NCBI GenBank assembly: GCA_965231035.1
Contig: OZ246409.1
Span: forward strand, 661,101 to 693,100
DNA length: 32,000 nucleotides
Direction of reading: 5' to 3'
Source: an uncultured Muribaculaceae bacterium
Lineage (GTDB): Bacteria > Pseudomonadota > Alphaproteobacteria > Rs-D84
This document shows, one piece after another, positions 1 through 7,366 of this stretch. Every line of letters begins with the position of its first letter. Within the stretch, counting starts at the first letter, position 1. The translations under genes and the position numbers were made by a program. A model generated the notes under the pieces. That model searched no databases. It saw nothing but the letters and a program-made list of their open reading frames with translations, and was not told the origin of the DNA.

Positions 1-66
1 TAGGTATTCCTTTTGTTTTTATTTTTTACTTATACAGTTTATATTATTATTTTATTATAATGCAAA

Positions 67-95
67 TTGTTTTAATTCACTTATTTTGATATAAT
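67..95 (+). promoter_or_regulatory. putative sigma70 promoter for the kefB-like gene
   Basis: TTGTTT (67-72), 17-nt spacer, then TGaTATAAT extended -10 (TG 87-88, TATAAT 90-95), about 30 nt upstream of a GGAGAGAGGA Shine-Dalgarno and the ATG at 127. Motif match only. Confidence 0.3.
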
Positions 96-126
96 TAGTT
101 TTACCAAAGTCCAGGGAGAGAGGAAA

Positions 127-1833
127 ATGACAACATCGATATTAATATTTTTTGGAATTGCTTTTGCGTTGGTTTTTTTGTTGAGGTTGGCAAAAATAGG
201 CACTTTGTTGGCATTTTTGTTGGCAGGCGTTTTGTCAGGTCCTTATGTTTTTGGACTTTTACAATTATCAGATATTTGGAACTTTCTTGGTGAAGTCGGA
301 ATAATGTTCCTGTGGTTCACTATTGGTATTGAACTGAATATGAAACGCCTGTGGCAGATGAAAAAGACCATATTTGGATTTGGTGCAGCCCAAGTTATGA
401 TGGTTGTTGTTATGTTATTCCCAATACTGTTCGGCTTAACAACCTGGACAATTATGGGAACAATTATGGTTTCTTTGATACTGGCTATGTCCAGCACGTC
501 CAGCGATTTGGAAATTTTGGCACAGCGAAATGAATTACAAACTTCACTGGGGCGCCAGACTTTTTCGATTTTGTTATTCCAAGATTTGTTGGCGATACCT
601 TTGATGTCTATGTTGCCAATATTTGCAGGTAAATCAATCAATATGGGTGCAAATATAATTGACGTTTTGGTCATGTCTGTGGGACTTATTTTGGGTGTTC
701 TGGTTGTCAGCCGTTTGATAATAAATCCATTAATGCATGCGGTCAGCAGAATGAAGTCCAAAGAACTTTTCTTGCTGACAATTATGCTGAATATAATTTT
801 GTGGGCAATTGTTTTACAGCTGATTGGTTTACCTCCTGAATTGGGTGCTTTTCTGGCTGGTATGTTATTGTCCGAAACAATTTACAGGCACCAGGTCAAA
901 GCTGAAATTTCACCATATGCCACATTGTTCTTGGCGTTCTTTTTTATCGCATTGGGTATGGGATTGGATTTAAAGATGTTGATGGATAATTGGTTGTTGG
1001 TTTTAATTGGTATAATTGGTTTGTTGATTATAAAATTTGTTGCGATTTATATTGTTGCACGTGTTCGTCATGTTAAAACAACAGATGCCTTTTTGATTGC
1101 CTTGGTTCTGGCCCAAGGGGGCGAGTTCGGATTGTTAATACTGCAAACAATGAAGACCAGTGGAATCGAAGCAATACCGTTTGTTCATGGTGAAATATTA
1201 ACTGCGGTTATAATCTTGTCTATTATGACAACTCCTATTTTGTTAGCAGTTTATGATAAATTGCAGAAATCTGGAAAATTGTTTTCTGTCTTGAAATCCA
1301 AGAAGTTCAATAACACAGAGGTTTCTGAAATAAAACCCGAAGTTATAATTTGTGGATTTGGTCGTGTTGGTCAAATAATTGCCCAGATGTTAGAATCCCA
1401 GAAAATACCATATGTTGCCGTTGATTTTAATGTTGATACTGTGATTATGTCCAGGGAAAAAGGGTACAAGATTTATTATGGTGACACAAATAATTCGGAA
1501 TTCTTGACTGATATCGGTTTAAGCGCTCATAAAACCAAGGCGGTGGTAATTGCTTTGGACAACGCTTGGGGTGCGAAAAGCACAATTCGTGCAATAAAAA
1601 CAATCGCTCCACGTGTTAAGATTTTTGTTCGTGCACGTAATATCGAAGAATCCAAATTGTTGTTAAAGGAAGGTGTCAAAGAAGTGCTTCCTGAAACCAT
1701 AGAATCTTCATTTATGCTGGGTGAAGGCGTTATGTCTAATATTGGTGTGTCACATGACAATATAGAAAAGGCCATAGCCCGTATACGTAAAAATAATTAC
1801 GAAAAACTGGAAGATATTCCGGATAAAAGATAA
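127..1833 (+). CDS. kefB: CPA2-family monovalent cation:proton antiporter with a C-terminal RCK/TrkA-N domain (KefB/KefC-like K+ efflux system)
   Basis: 568-aa ORF. The N-terminal ~390 aa are a polytopic membrane domain typical of Na+/H+ exchanger-type transporters. A Rossmann motif follows (VIICGFGRVGQIIAQML..VAVD), characteristic of TrkA-N/RCK. ATG is preceded by a strong SD. Confidence 0.8.
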   Translation: MTTSILIFFGIAFALVFLLRLAKIGTLLAFLLAGVLSGPYVFGLLQLSDIWNFLGEVGIMFLWFTIGIELNMKRLWQMKKTIFGFGAAQVMMVVVMLFPILFGLTTWTIMGTIMVSLILAMSSTSSDLEILAQRNELQTSLGRQTFSILLFQDLLAIPLMSMLPIFAGKSINMGANIIDVLVMSVGLILGVLVVSRLIINPLMHAVSRMKSKELFLLTIMLNIILWAIVLQLIGLPPELGAFLAGMLLSETIYRHQVKAEISPYATLFLAFFFIALGMGLDLKMLMDNWLLVLIGIIGLLIIKFVAIYIVARVRHVKTTDAFLIALVLAQGGEFGLLILQTMKTSGIEAIPFVHGEILTAVIILSIMTTPILLAVYDKLQKSGKLFSVLKSKKFNNTEVSEIKPEVIICGFGRVGQIIAQMLESQKIPYVAVDFNVDTVIMSREKGYKIYYGDTNNSEFLTDIGLSAHKTKAVVIALDNAWGAKSTIRAIKTIAPRVKIFVRARNIEESKLLLKEGVKEVLPETIESSFMLGEGVMSNIGVSHDNIEKAIARIRKNNYEKLEDIPDKR

Positions 1834-1845
1834 TTTTTCGAATTA

Positions 1846-1872
1846 AAGTCGTCCCCATTTTGGGGACGATTT
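1846..1872 (+). terminator. rho-independent terminator after the kefB-like gene
   Basis: Stem tcgtcccc / ggggacga (1849-1856 / 1862-1869) with a 5-nt loop, followed by a T-rich tract. Confidence 0.6.
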
Positions 1873-1925
1873 AATTTGCTTTTGATACTTCAAATTGCTA
1901 TCTTCTATGACGATAAGGGGTGTTC

Positions 1926-2441
1926 ATGAAAAATATACTGAAAATATTAACAATCGTATTTGGTGTTATTTTACTGGATCAAATTACCAAAGGTATTTTG
2001 ATTTATATGATAACAAAAACAATACCTTTGCACGTTGCGGCTTGGCAGTTGATACCAGTTCCATACATGATGGGTCAGGTTACCAATTTCTTTAACATTG
2101 TGTTTACTTGGAATCCTGGAACTTCGTTTTCAATATTCAGAAGTTTGGGTGAATCTATGCCGTTGATAATAATAGTTTTCACAGGGTTTATAATCGGCTT
2201 TTTGTCTTATTATTTGTTTAACAAGGCAGATAAGTACGAAAGATATCCAGTCGCATTAATAGTTGGTGGTGCGCTGGGAAATTTAATAGACCGTATTCGT
2301 TTTGGAGCAGTCGTAGATTTCTTGGACTTTCATATTGGTGGTGCACATTGGCCAGCATTTAATATCGCGGATACTTGTATTGCAATCGGTGTTGGCTTAT
2401 ATATAATCGGATGGTTTATTAATAAAAGGAAGAAAAAGTAA
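1926..2441 (+). CDS. lspA: lipoprotein signal peptidase (signal peptidase II)
   Basis: Motifs NPGTSFSIF, GGALGNLIDRIRFGAVVDFLDF and WPAFNIADTCIAIG match the LspA family signature. The ORF-track start at 1920 is GTG. The ATG at 1926 sits 6 nt after AAGGGG, so I use 1926. Confidence 0.9.
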   Translation: MKNILKILTIVFGVILLDQITKGILIYMITKTIPLHVAAWQLIPVPYMMGQVTNFFNIVFTWNPGTSFSIFRSLGESMPLIIIVFTGFIIGFLSYYLFNKADKYERYPVALIVGGALGNLIDRIRFGAVVDFLDFHIGGAHWPAFNIADTCIAIGVGLYIIGWFINKRKKK

Positions 2442-4030
2442 TGGTTCAATATCTAGATAATAATAAAAATTCTGGCTTTAATCAATGGATGGCGGGCAAA
2501 CAAAAAACTGATGGAAAGCCTTCAAAGTTTTCAGGATTTTTTTGGTGGATGATAATATTTTTATTGGCCTGGTGGTTGTTTTCAACTTGGTTTGCACTAA
2601 AGAAAGATGTTGAAACAAAAACAACTGAACCAACAGTTGTTGAAAATGTTTCACACGTTCCTGTAACAAATATAAACAATGATAAAGTTTCTGCAAATGT
2701 TCAAGGTCTGCGTGTTTCTAAAATAGAATTGAAAAGTTATAAACAAGATAGAAAACACAATGAAGGCAAAAATATTTCTTTGTTAGCAGGGGATAAGGAA
2801 TTCGCAGAAGTAGGTATGCTGGCAAATGGTACAACTGCGCCAACCGCTGAAACTGTTTGGAAATCAAACGGATCAGATGGTCAAAAAGTAATGACTTGGC
2901 GTAATGGTGACGGGGTTAACTTTAAACGCACAATCATTGTGAAAGATTATGTTGTTACAATCACAGATGAAATTAAAAACAACAGCAGTCGTGATTTTTC
3001 TTTTGCACCTTATGCCCTTATGAATCGTGAAGCAGCAAAAACAAAGGCTGTTTCGGTTGCAACTGGCGGGGTTGCGTTTGTAAATTCAGATATTGAACGT
3101 AATGGATGGGGAAGTCTGGATAAAAAATCATACGTTTATCAAACTACGAATGGTTTTACAGGATTTGAAGATCAGTATTGGGAAACGATTGTTGGTATAA
3201 ACAGTCCCGATCAAACAATACGTATGAAAAAAACAGGTAATTTTTATCAAACAGAGGCTTCTGCTGGACCAGTACAAGTTTCTGCGGGTAAAACTGTAAG
3301 CATAGAAACAAAACTGTTCGCTGGTCCACGTGATTCAAAAATATTGGCCGGGGCTGGTATAACAGGTTTGTCAGATACAATGGATTATGGTTGGTTCTGG
3401 TTCTTGTCCCAGCCGATGCTTTGGGCTTTGAACAGTTTGAACGTTTTGGTTATGAATTATGGTTTGGCAATAATATTGCTGACGTTGGTTCTGCGTGGAT
3501 TAATGTGGCCTTTGACACGTAAATCTTATACTTCAATGGCGGCAATGCAAAAAATGCAGCCAGAAATGCAAAAAATTCAAAAACTGTATGCGAATGATAA
3601 AATGCGTTTGCAAATGGAAATGATGAAGTTGTACCAAACACACAAGACTTCACCAATGTCCGGATGTCTGCCAATGTTATTGCAGATTCCAATTTTCTTT
3701 GCATTATATAAGGCTTTGTTAATTTCTATTCCAATGCGTCAGGCTGGTTTTTTATGGATTCAAGATTTATCTTTGATGGATCCTTACTTTATATTGCCAA
3801 TATTGATGGGTGCAACAATGTGGTGGCAACAACATCTGCAAGGAACAGGTGCCCAAGGTGGTGATAAAAATGATCCTATGGCACAAACCCAGAAAGTTAT
3901 GAAGTGGATGCCGATATTGTTCACAGCAATGTTTGCATGGATGCCGGCTGGGTTAGTTCTGTATTGGACCGTTTCAAATATGTTTGGAATAATGCAGATG
4001 TATATTATAAAAAGAAAAATGAAAAAATAA
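2441..4030 (+). CDS. yidC: membrane protein insertase YidC (Gram-negative type with large periplasmic P1 domain)
   Basis: 529 aa with an N-terminal TM, a ~300-aa periplasmic domain, and a conserved C-terminal core (YGLAIILLTLVLRGLMWPLTRKSYTSMAAMQKMQPEMQKIQKLY...). The start overlaps the lspA stop in TAATG. Confidence 0.92.
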   Translation: MVQYLDNNKNSGFNQWMAGKQKTDGKPSKFSGFFWWMIIFLLAWWLFSTWFALKKDVETKTTEPTVVENVSHVPVTNINNDKVSANVQGLRVSKIELKSYKQDRKHNEGKNISLLAGDKEFAEVGMLANGTTAPTAETVWKSNGSDGQKVMTWRNGDGVNFKRTIIVKDYVVTITDEIKNNSSRDFSFAPYALMNREAAKTKAVSVATGGVAFVNSDIERNGWGSLDKKSYVYQTTNGFTGFEDQYWETIVGINSPDQTIRMKKTGNFYQTEASAGPVQVSAGKTVSIETKLFAGPRDSKILAGAGITGLSDTMDYGWFWFLSQPMLWALNSLNVLVMNYGLAIILLTLVLRGLMWPLTRKSYTSMAAMQKMQPEMQKIQKLYANDKMRLQMEMMKLYQTHKTSPMSGCLPMLLQIPIFFALYKALLISIPMRQAGFLWIQDLSLMDPYFILPILMGATMWWQQHLQGTGAQGGDKNDPMAQTQKVMKWMPILFTAMFAWMPAGLVLYWTVSNMFGIMQMYIIKRKMKK

Positions 4031-4062
4031 AAAAATGTCGTAAGAAATTACGACATTTTTTT
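4031..4062. terminator. bidirectional terminator between yidC and the convergent 120-aa ORF
   Basis: A6-atgtcgtaa-GAAA-ttacgacat-T7. The stem is a perfect 9 bp with a GAAA tetraloop, and A/T runs flank both sides. The stop of the minus-strand ORF (4048-4050) lies in the 3' arm. Confidence 0.7.
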
Positions 4063-4410
4063 AAAATATTTATACAGTTGGTCTGGTGTCAATATCCATG
4101 GATTTTTTATCCCTAATGCCTGTTTGGTGAAACCAACACAAGTCAGAGAATATTTAATATGGCATAGAGTAGAGATGTTTTCTTGTTTGTGTTTTACTTG
4201 TATAAAAACCCAATCATTATTTTCTAATATTTTTAAATCTCGGGACTTTAATAAAAATATATCAATTTTTCTAATAGACGGATTTAATAGTAAATATTTT
4301 TGTTCTTTGCCGGTTGTTTTCTGCTGTATTAAAACTGCACAGTGACGGAATTTTTTGCAAAATATTTTAGGTATAATCTTGGAAGTTTTTTCTGAAAAAC
4401 CAATTATCAT
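4048..4410 (-). CDS. hypothetical protein (120 aa, basic, no recognisable family)
   Basis: A 120-codon open frame in very AT-rich DNA, where stops are frequent, ending exactly at a bidirectional terminator. The SD is weak (GAGA). I recognise no motif. Confidence 0.45.
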   Translation of the reverse strand: MIIGFSEKTSKIIPKIFCKKFRHCAVLIQQKTTGKEQKYLLLNPSIRKIDIFLLKSRDLKILENNDWVFIQVKHKQENISTLCHIKYSLTCVGFTKQALGIKNPWILTPDQLYKYFKKMS

Positions 4411-4470
4411 TTTTTTCTCGTTTAATTAGTGTCAGTACTATCTGTCAGGTAATACTGACATATTAGTAAT

Positions 4471-4818
4471 TCAGTCTATCCAGCCTTTATTCTTAGCAGC
4501 TTTTTCGATAGTTTGCATTGCGGTGTTCCAAATTGCAGCTTTTCGGTTTTCAGACCATATATGTTGATGAGGAGAGCGTTTTTTATCTCCAAATTCTTTC
4601 ATAACATCCAGTTGTTCACCGGTTAATAATCCAGATAAATAAAGTTTGGTAATTAATGTTTCTACGTCCAGTATTTCACATACTCGCCTGGTTGATGAAA
4701 TATTACGTTGGGAAAACCCATTCCTGATTTGTCTGGAATATAAAAACCAGAACCATAGTTGTTCTGCATTGTGGAACTTTTCCGACAATGAAACATTTTT
4801 TACTGTTTGCGCAGTCAT
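4471..4818 (-). CDS. hypothetical small protein (115 aa), possibly a DNA-binding regulator
   Basis: ATG is preceded by GGAGAG at 6-nt spacing. Trp-rich N-terminal helix (AEQLWFWFLYSRQIR). The segment LLTGEQLDVMKEFG loosely resembles sigma70-region-4/LuxR-type HTH, which is a weak impression only. Confidence 0.6.
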   Translation of the reverse strand: MTAQTVKNVSLSEKFHNAEQLWFWFLYSRQIRNGFSQRNISSTRRVCEILDVETLITKLYLSGLLTGEQLDVMKEFGDKKRSPHQHIWSENRKAAIWNTAMQTIEKAAKNKGWID

Positions 4819-4970
4819 TTTTTTCTCTCCTTTTTGAAAGTTTTATCGAAGTAATTCGACAAAGGTTTATAAAATAACAATAAGAATATGTAAAACATTA
4901 CAACCAAAGGTTGATTTCTGATTCGGATTTCCGATTCGTTCAACAGTTTTGTTTTATATTAACGAATCGT

Positions 4971-4996
4971 AAAAAACAGCCGCATTGCGGCTGTTT
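4971..4996 (-). terminator. rho-independent terminator after virB10
   Basis: aaacagccg / cggctgttt 9-bp stem (4974-4982 / 4988-4996). On the minus strand it is followed by T6 (complement of A-run 4971-4976). It lies 20 nt past the virB10 stop. Confidence 0.7.
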
Positions 4997-5016
4997 GAAA
5001 CTTTTATAAATCAAGT

Positions 5017-7359
5017 TTATTTTATTGGCGGAAAGCAATCACCACCGCTACTGGGGCAACAGTTGAATCCTTGATCTTTCATGTCTGTGTAAACTTCGCC
5101 AGTACAACATCCATTTGTATCTGGTGCAGAACCGTCTTCACATGTTATTGCTTTCGTCTGAGTTTTTTCTCCACTCTCAAACGGATCCTTTATAGTTCCA
5201 TCTTCATTATATTTCAAGCCCAATACCTGTTCGTTATACGCTTGTGAATAAACAGGTTTACCGTTACTGTCTGTTGTTAACATTTTTTGTGTATTACCTT
5301 TGTCATCTTTGGTCGTCAAACTTGTTGCCTGTTGATTTTGATAAACAGCTTCTTGTTTCGCATTATTTTTTGCCTGATATTGGCTTGATTGGCAATAAAA
5401 TACAACAGTGCGATAATCCAATCCATCTTTTTGAATGGTTGCAGCACTATTTGCAGTAACTCCGCCTTTACCGTCGCAATATTTACTTAGATCAAAAGAC
5501 CTGACTTGACCAACCAGAGTATCTGGTTCTTTGACCCCAACTGTAATATCACGTTCAACTGTTGCTGCATAGCTTGAATCATAGTCGGTAATTGAACATT
5601 TCTTCCCGCTGTCCAGGCCACAGGTCACAATCAAATCATTTGGTGAAAATACAGTGATTCTGGTTCCAGCAGAAATAGAGAACGGTGGAACAGTATTATC
5701 AATCATATCAACCAATAATTTCTGGGCAACCGTATTCCATGCTTTGATAATTTCATTCTTGGCAAGCTCACTGGAACGAACCTGACCAGTTTGTGTAACA
5801 GTATTATTATCCAAATCAATTTGATTAACGAATTTGTCAGATATAGGTGCAATCATATTTACGGCGGCCGGTACAGCTGCTGTTAACAATGGCATAACGA
5901 ATTGTTCCATATAATCTGTGCTGCCGCGCCCCGGAACACCAGTTCTTCCCTGGGCATCAGCCGAGAAAGGTTTACCACCCATAAAGTTAAATTCCACGCC
6001 ATCTGGTCGAACGAAACGATACCAATCAATATTAACGCGACCGATGGATTTATAAGGTCCAGGCATATCTTGGTCTGAAACATATCCCAACATCATTGTT
6101 CCAGCTGGAATTATAATTGTGCGACCATTATCCGAATAAACATTTCTATCGACTGTTGCAGTAACTGGCAGACGTGTTTCCTTGGCAACTGCACGTATTT
6201 CAGAAACGATTGTGGCAGGAATTGGTTTATACTGACGCAACACAAATGTGCGGTCGTATGGTTTGCTGGAAACGGTTGCCTCGGACCCATAAAGTTTTGA
6301 TGATGGCAACCTTTCACTTTCAGGTTTTGCAGCAGAAATCACATGAGAAGATTTTCCATATGTCGCCGTTGCAAGTTCTTCCGAGCTTAACTGACGTGCT
6401 TTGTTCACTGTGCGGTTGTCAGCTGGGTTAGATAATTGAGGTATCGTACCGTTTGATATATTTCCATAACCAATATGTTCGGCATCTGTTCCAATTTTTC
6501 TGGATACATCTTTGATATCTGTAATTATGCCATTGTCAGGATTATAGATGCCAGTTGGTAAAACACAATCTTTGTCCGAAAATGGATGAAATTTATAAGT
6601 ACCTTTTTCTGGTTTTATCCAGCCGATTTGCTGACCAGTTATATTATACCCAGGAAAAGAAAAATCAGAACAAGCCTCAGAATTCATTTTAGTATTATCT
6701 GGTTTTGGTGCAGAAATAATTTCTTTATCCAAGGCAGGTTTAATATCTTCTTTTTGACCATCATCAGCAGAAACAAAAGGATCAGCAGGTGAAATAGATT
6801 CAATTTCATCCTTTATTTGTGGTTTTGTTTCTGCAACCGGTTCAGGTTTAATTTCTTTTTTTTCTGTTGCCCCAACTGCAATTGGAATCTTTTCCGTGCG
6901 GTTCATTTTCGCAGGTTGGTTTGCGCCACGCCAATCAATAAATAACGATACAGCCATAACATCCTGCTCTGCCTTTGGCGCATAATCCATACTGATTGTG
7001 CAAGAAATATTATTATTTATTTGACCGATGTTTTCACAAGTTGATTTTTTTGATAACCCGGGGATTTCTTTTGATAAACGAACCGTATCAATCTTTACAG
7101 GTACATTGGAAGATATTACAAACCGTTGGCTTTTTGCCTCGCCAATATTGGTTGTTGCCCAATCAAGTGAGTCAGGATCAATATGTAAAACAGCCTGGAC
7201 GTTTTCATTTGATTCAATGTTCGTCTGCTTTTTATCGCCACGAAATAACAAGGTAAGCAAAATAAGAACAACAATAAACGCAGCAGTCAGCAAAAGCCAT
7301 TGTACATGCTTTGGAGTGTTTTGTTTTAATTCTGAAAATTGTGTCTTTAGATTTGCCAT
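5017..7359 (-). CDS. virB10: VirB10/TrbI-family type IV secretion core protein, enlarged (780 aa) by extra N-proximal and C-terminal domains
   Basis: Short cytoplasmic N-terminus plus one TM (WLLLTAAFIVVLILLTLLF) and a Pro/Glu/Lys-rich linker. A TrbI-type barrel follows: IPATIVSEIR..LPVTATVDRNVYSDNGRTIIIPAGTMMLGYV..GRVNIDWYRFVRPDGVEF...ADAQGRTGVPGRGSTDY. It sits 7 nt downstream of virB9. Confidence 0.8.
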   Translation of the reverse strand: MANLKTQFSELKQNTPKHVQWLLLTAAFIVVLILLTLLFRGDKKQTNIESNENVQAVLHIDPDSLDWATTNIGEAKSQRFVISSNVPVKIDTVRLSKEIPGLSKKSTCENIGQINNNISCTISMDYAPKAEQDVMAVSLFIDWRGANQPAKMNRTEKIPIAVGATEKKEIKPEPVAETKPQIKDEIESISPADPFVSADDGQKEDIKPALDKEIISAPKPDNTKMNSEACSDFSFPGYNITGQQIGWIKPEKGTYKFHPFSDKDCVLPTGIYNPDNGIITDIKDVSRKIGTDAEHIGYGNISNGTIPQLSNPADNRTVNKARQLSSEELATATYGKSSHVISAAKPESERLPSSKLYGSEATVSSKPYDRTFVLRQYKPIPATIVSEIRAVAKETRLPVTATVDRNVYSDNGRTIIIPAGTMMLGYVSDQDMPGPYKSIGRVNIDWYRFVRPDGVEFNFMGGKPFSADAQGRTGVPGRGSTDYMEQFVMPLLTAAVPAAVNMIAPISDKFVNQIDLDNNTVTQTGQVRSSELAKNEIIKAWNTVAQKLLVDMIDNTVPPFSISAGTRITVFSPNDLIVTCGLDSGKKCSITDYDSSYAATVERDITVGVKEPDTLVGQVRSFDLSKYCDGKGGVTANSAATIQKDGLDYRTVVFYCQSSQYQAKNNAKQEAVYQNQQATSLTTKDDKGNTQKMLTTDSNGKPVYSQAYNEQVLGLKYNEDGTIKDPFESGEKTQTKAITCEDGSAPDTNGCCTGEVYTDMKDQGFNCCPSSGGDCFPPIK

Positions 7360-7366
7360 AATTTTA

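Noticed and set aside
4124-4345. 73-aa plus-strand ORF opposite the 120-aa gene.
   Set aside because: It is shorter than the minus-strand frame and fully contained in it. It has no SD and no terminator relationship, whereas the minus ORF ends at the bidirectional terminator.
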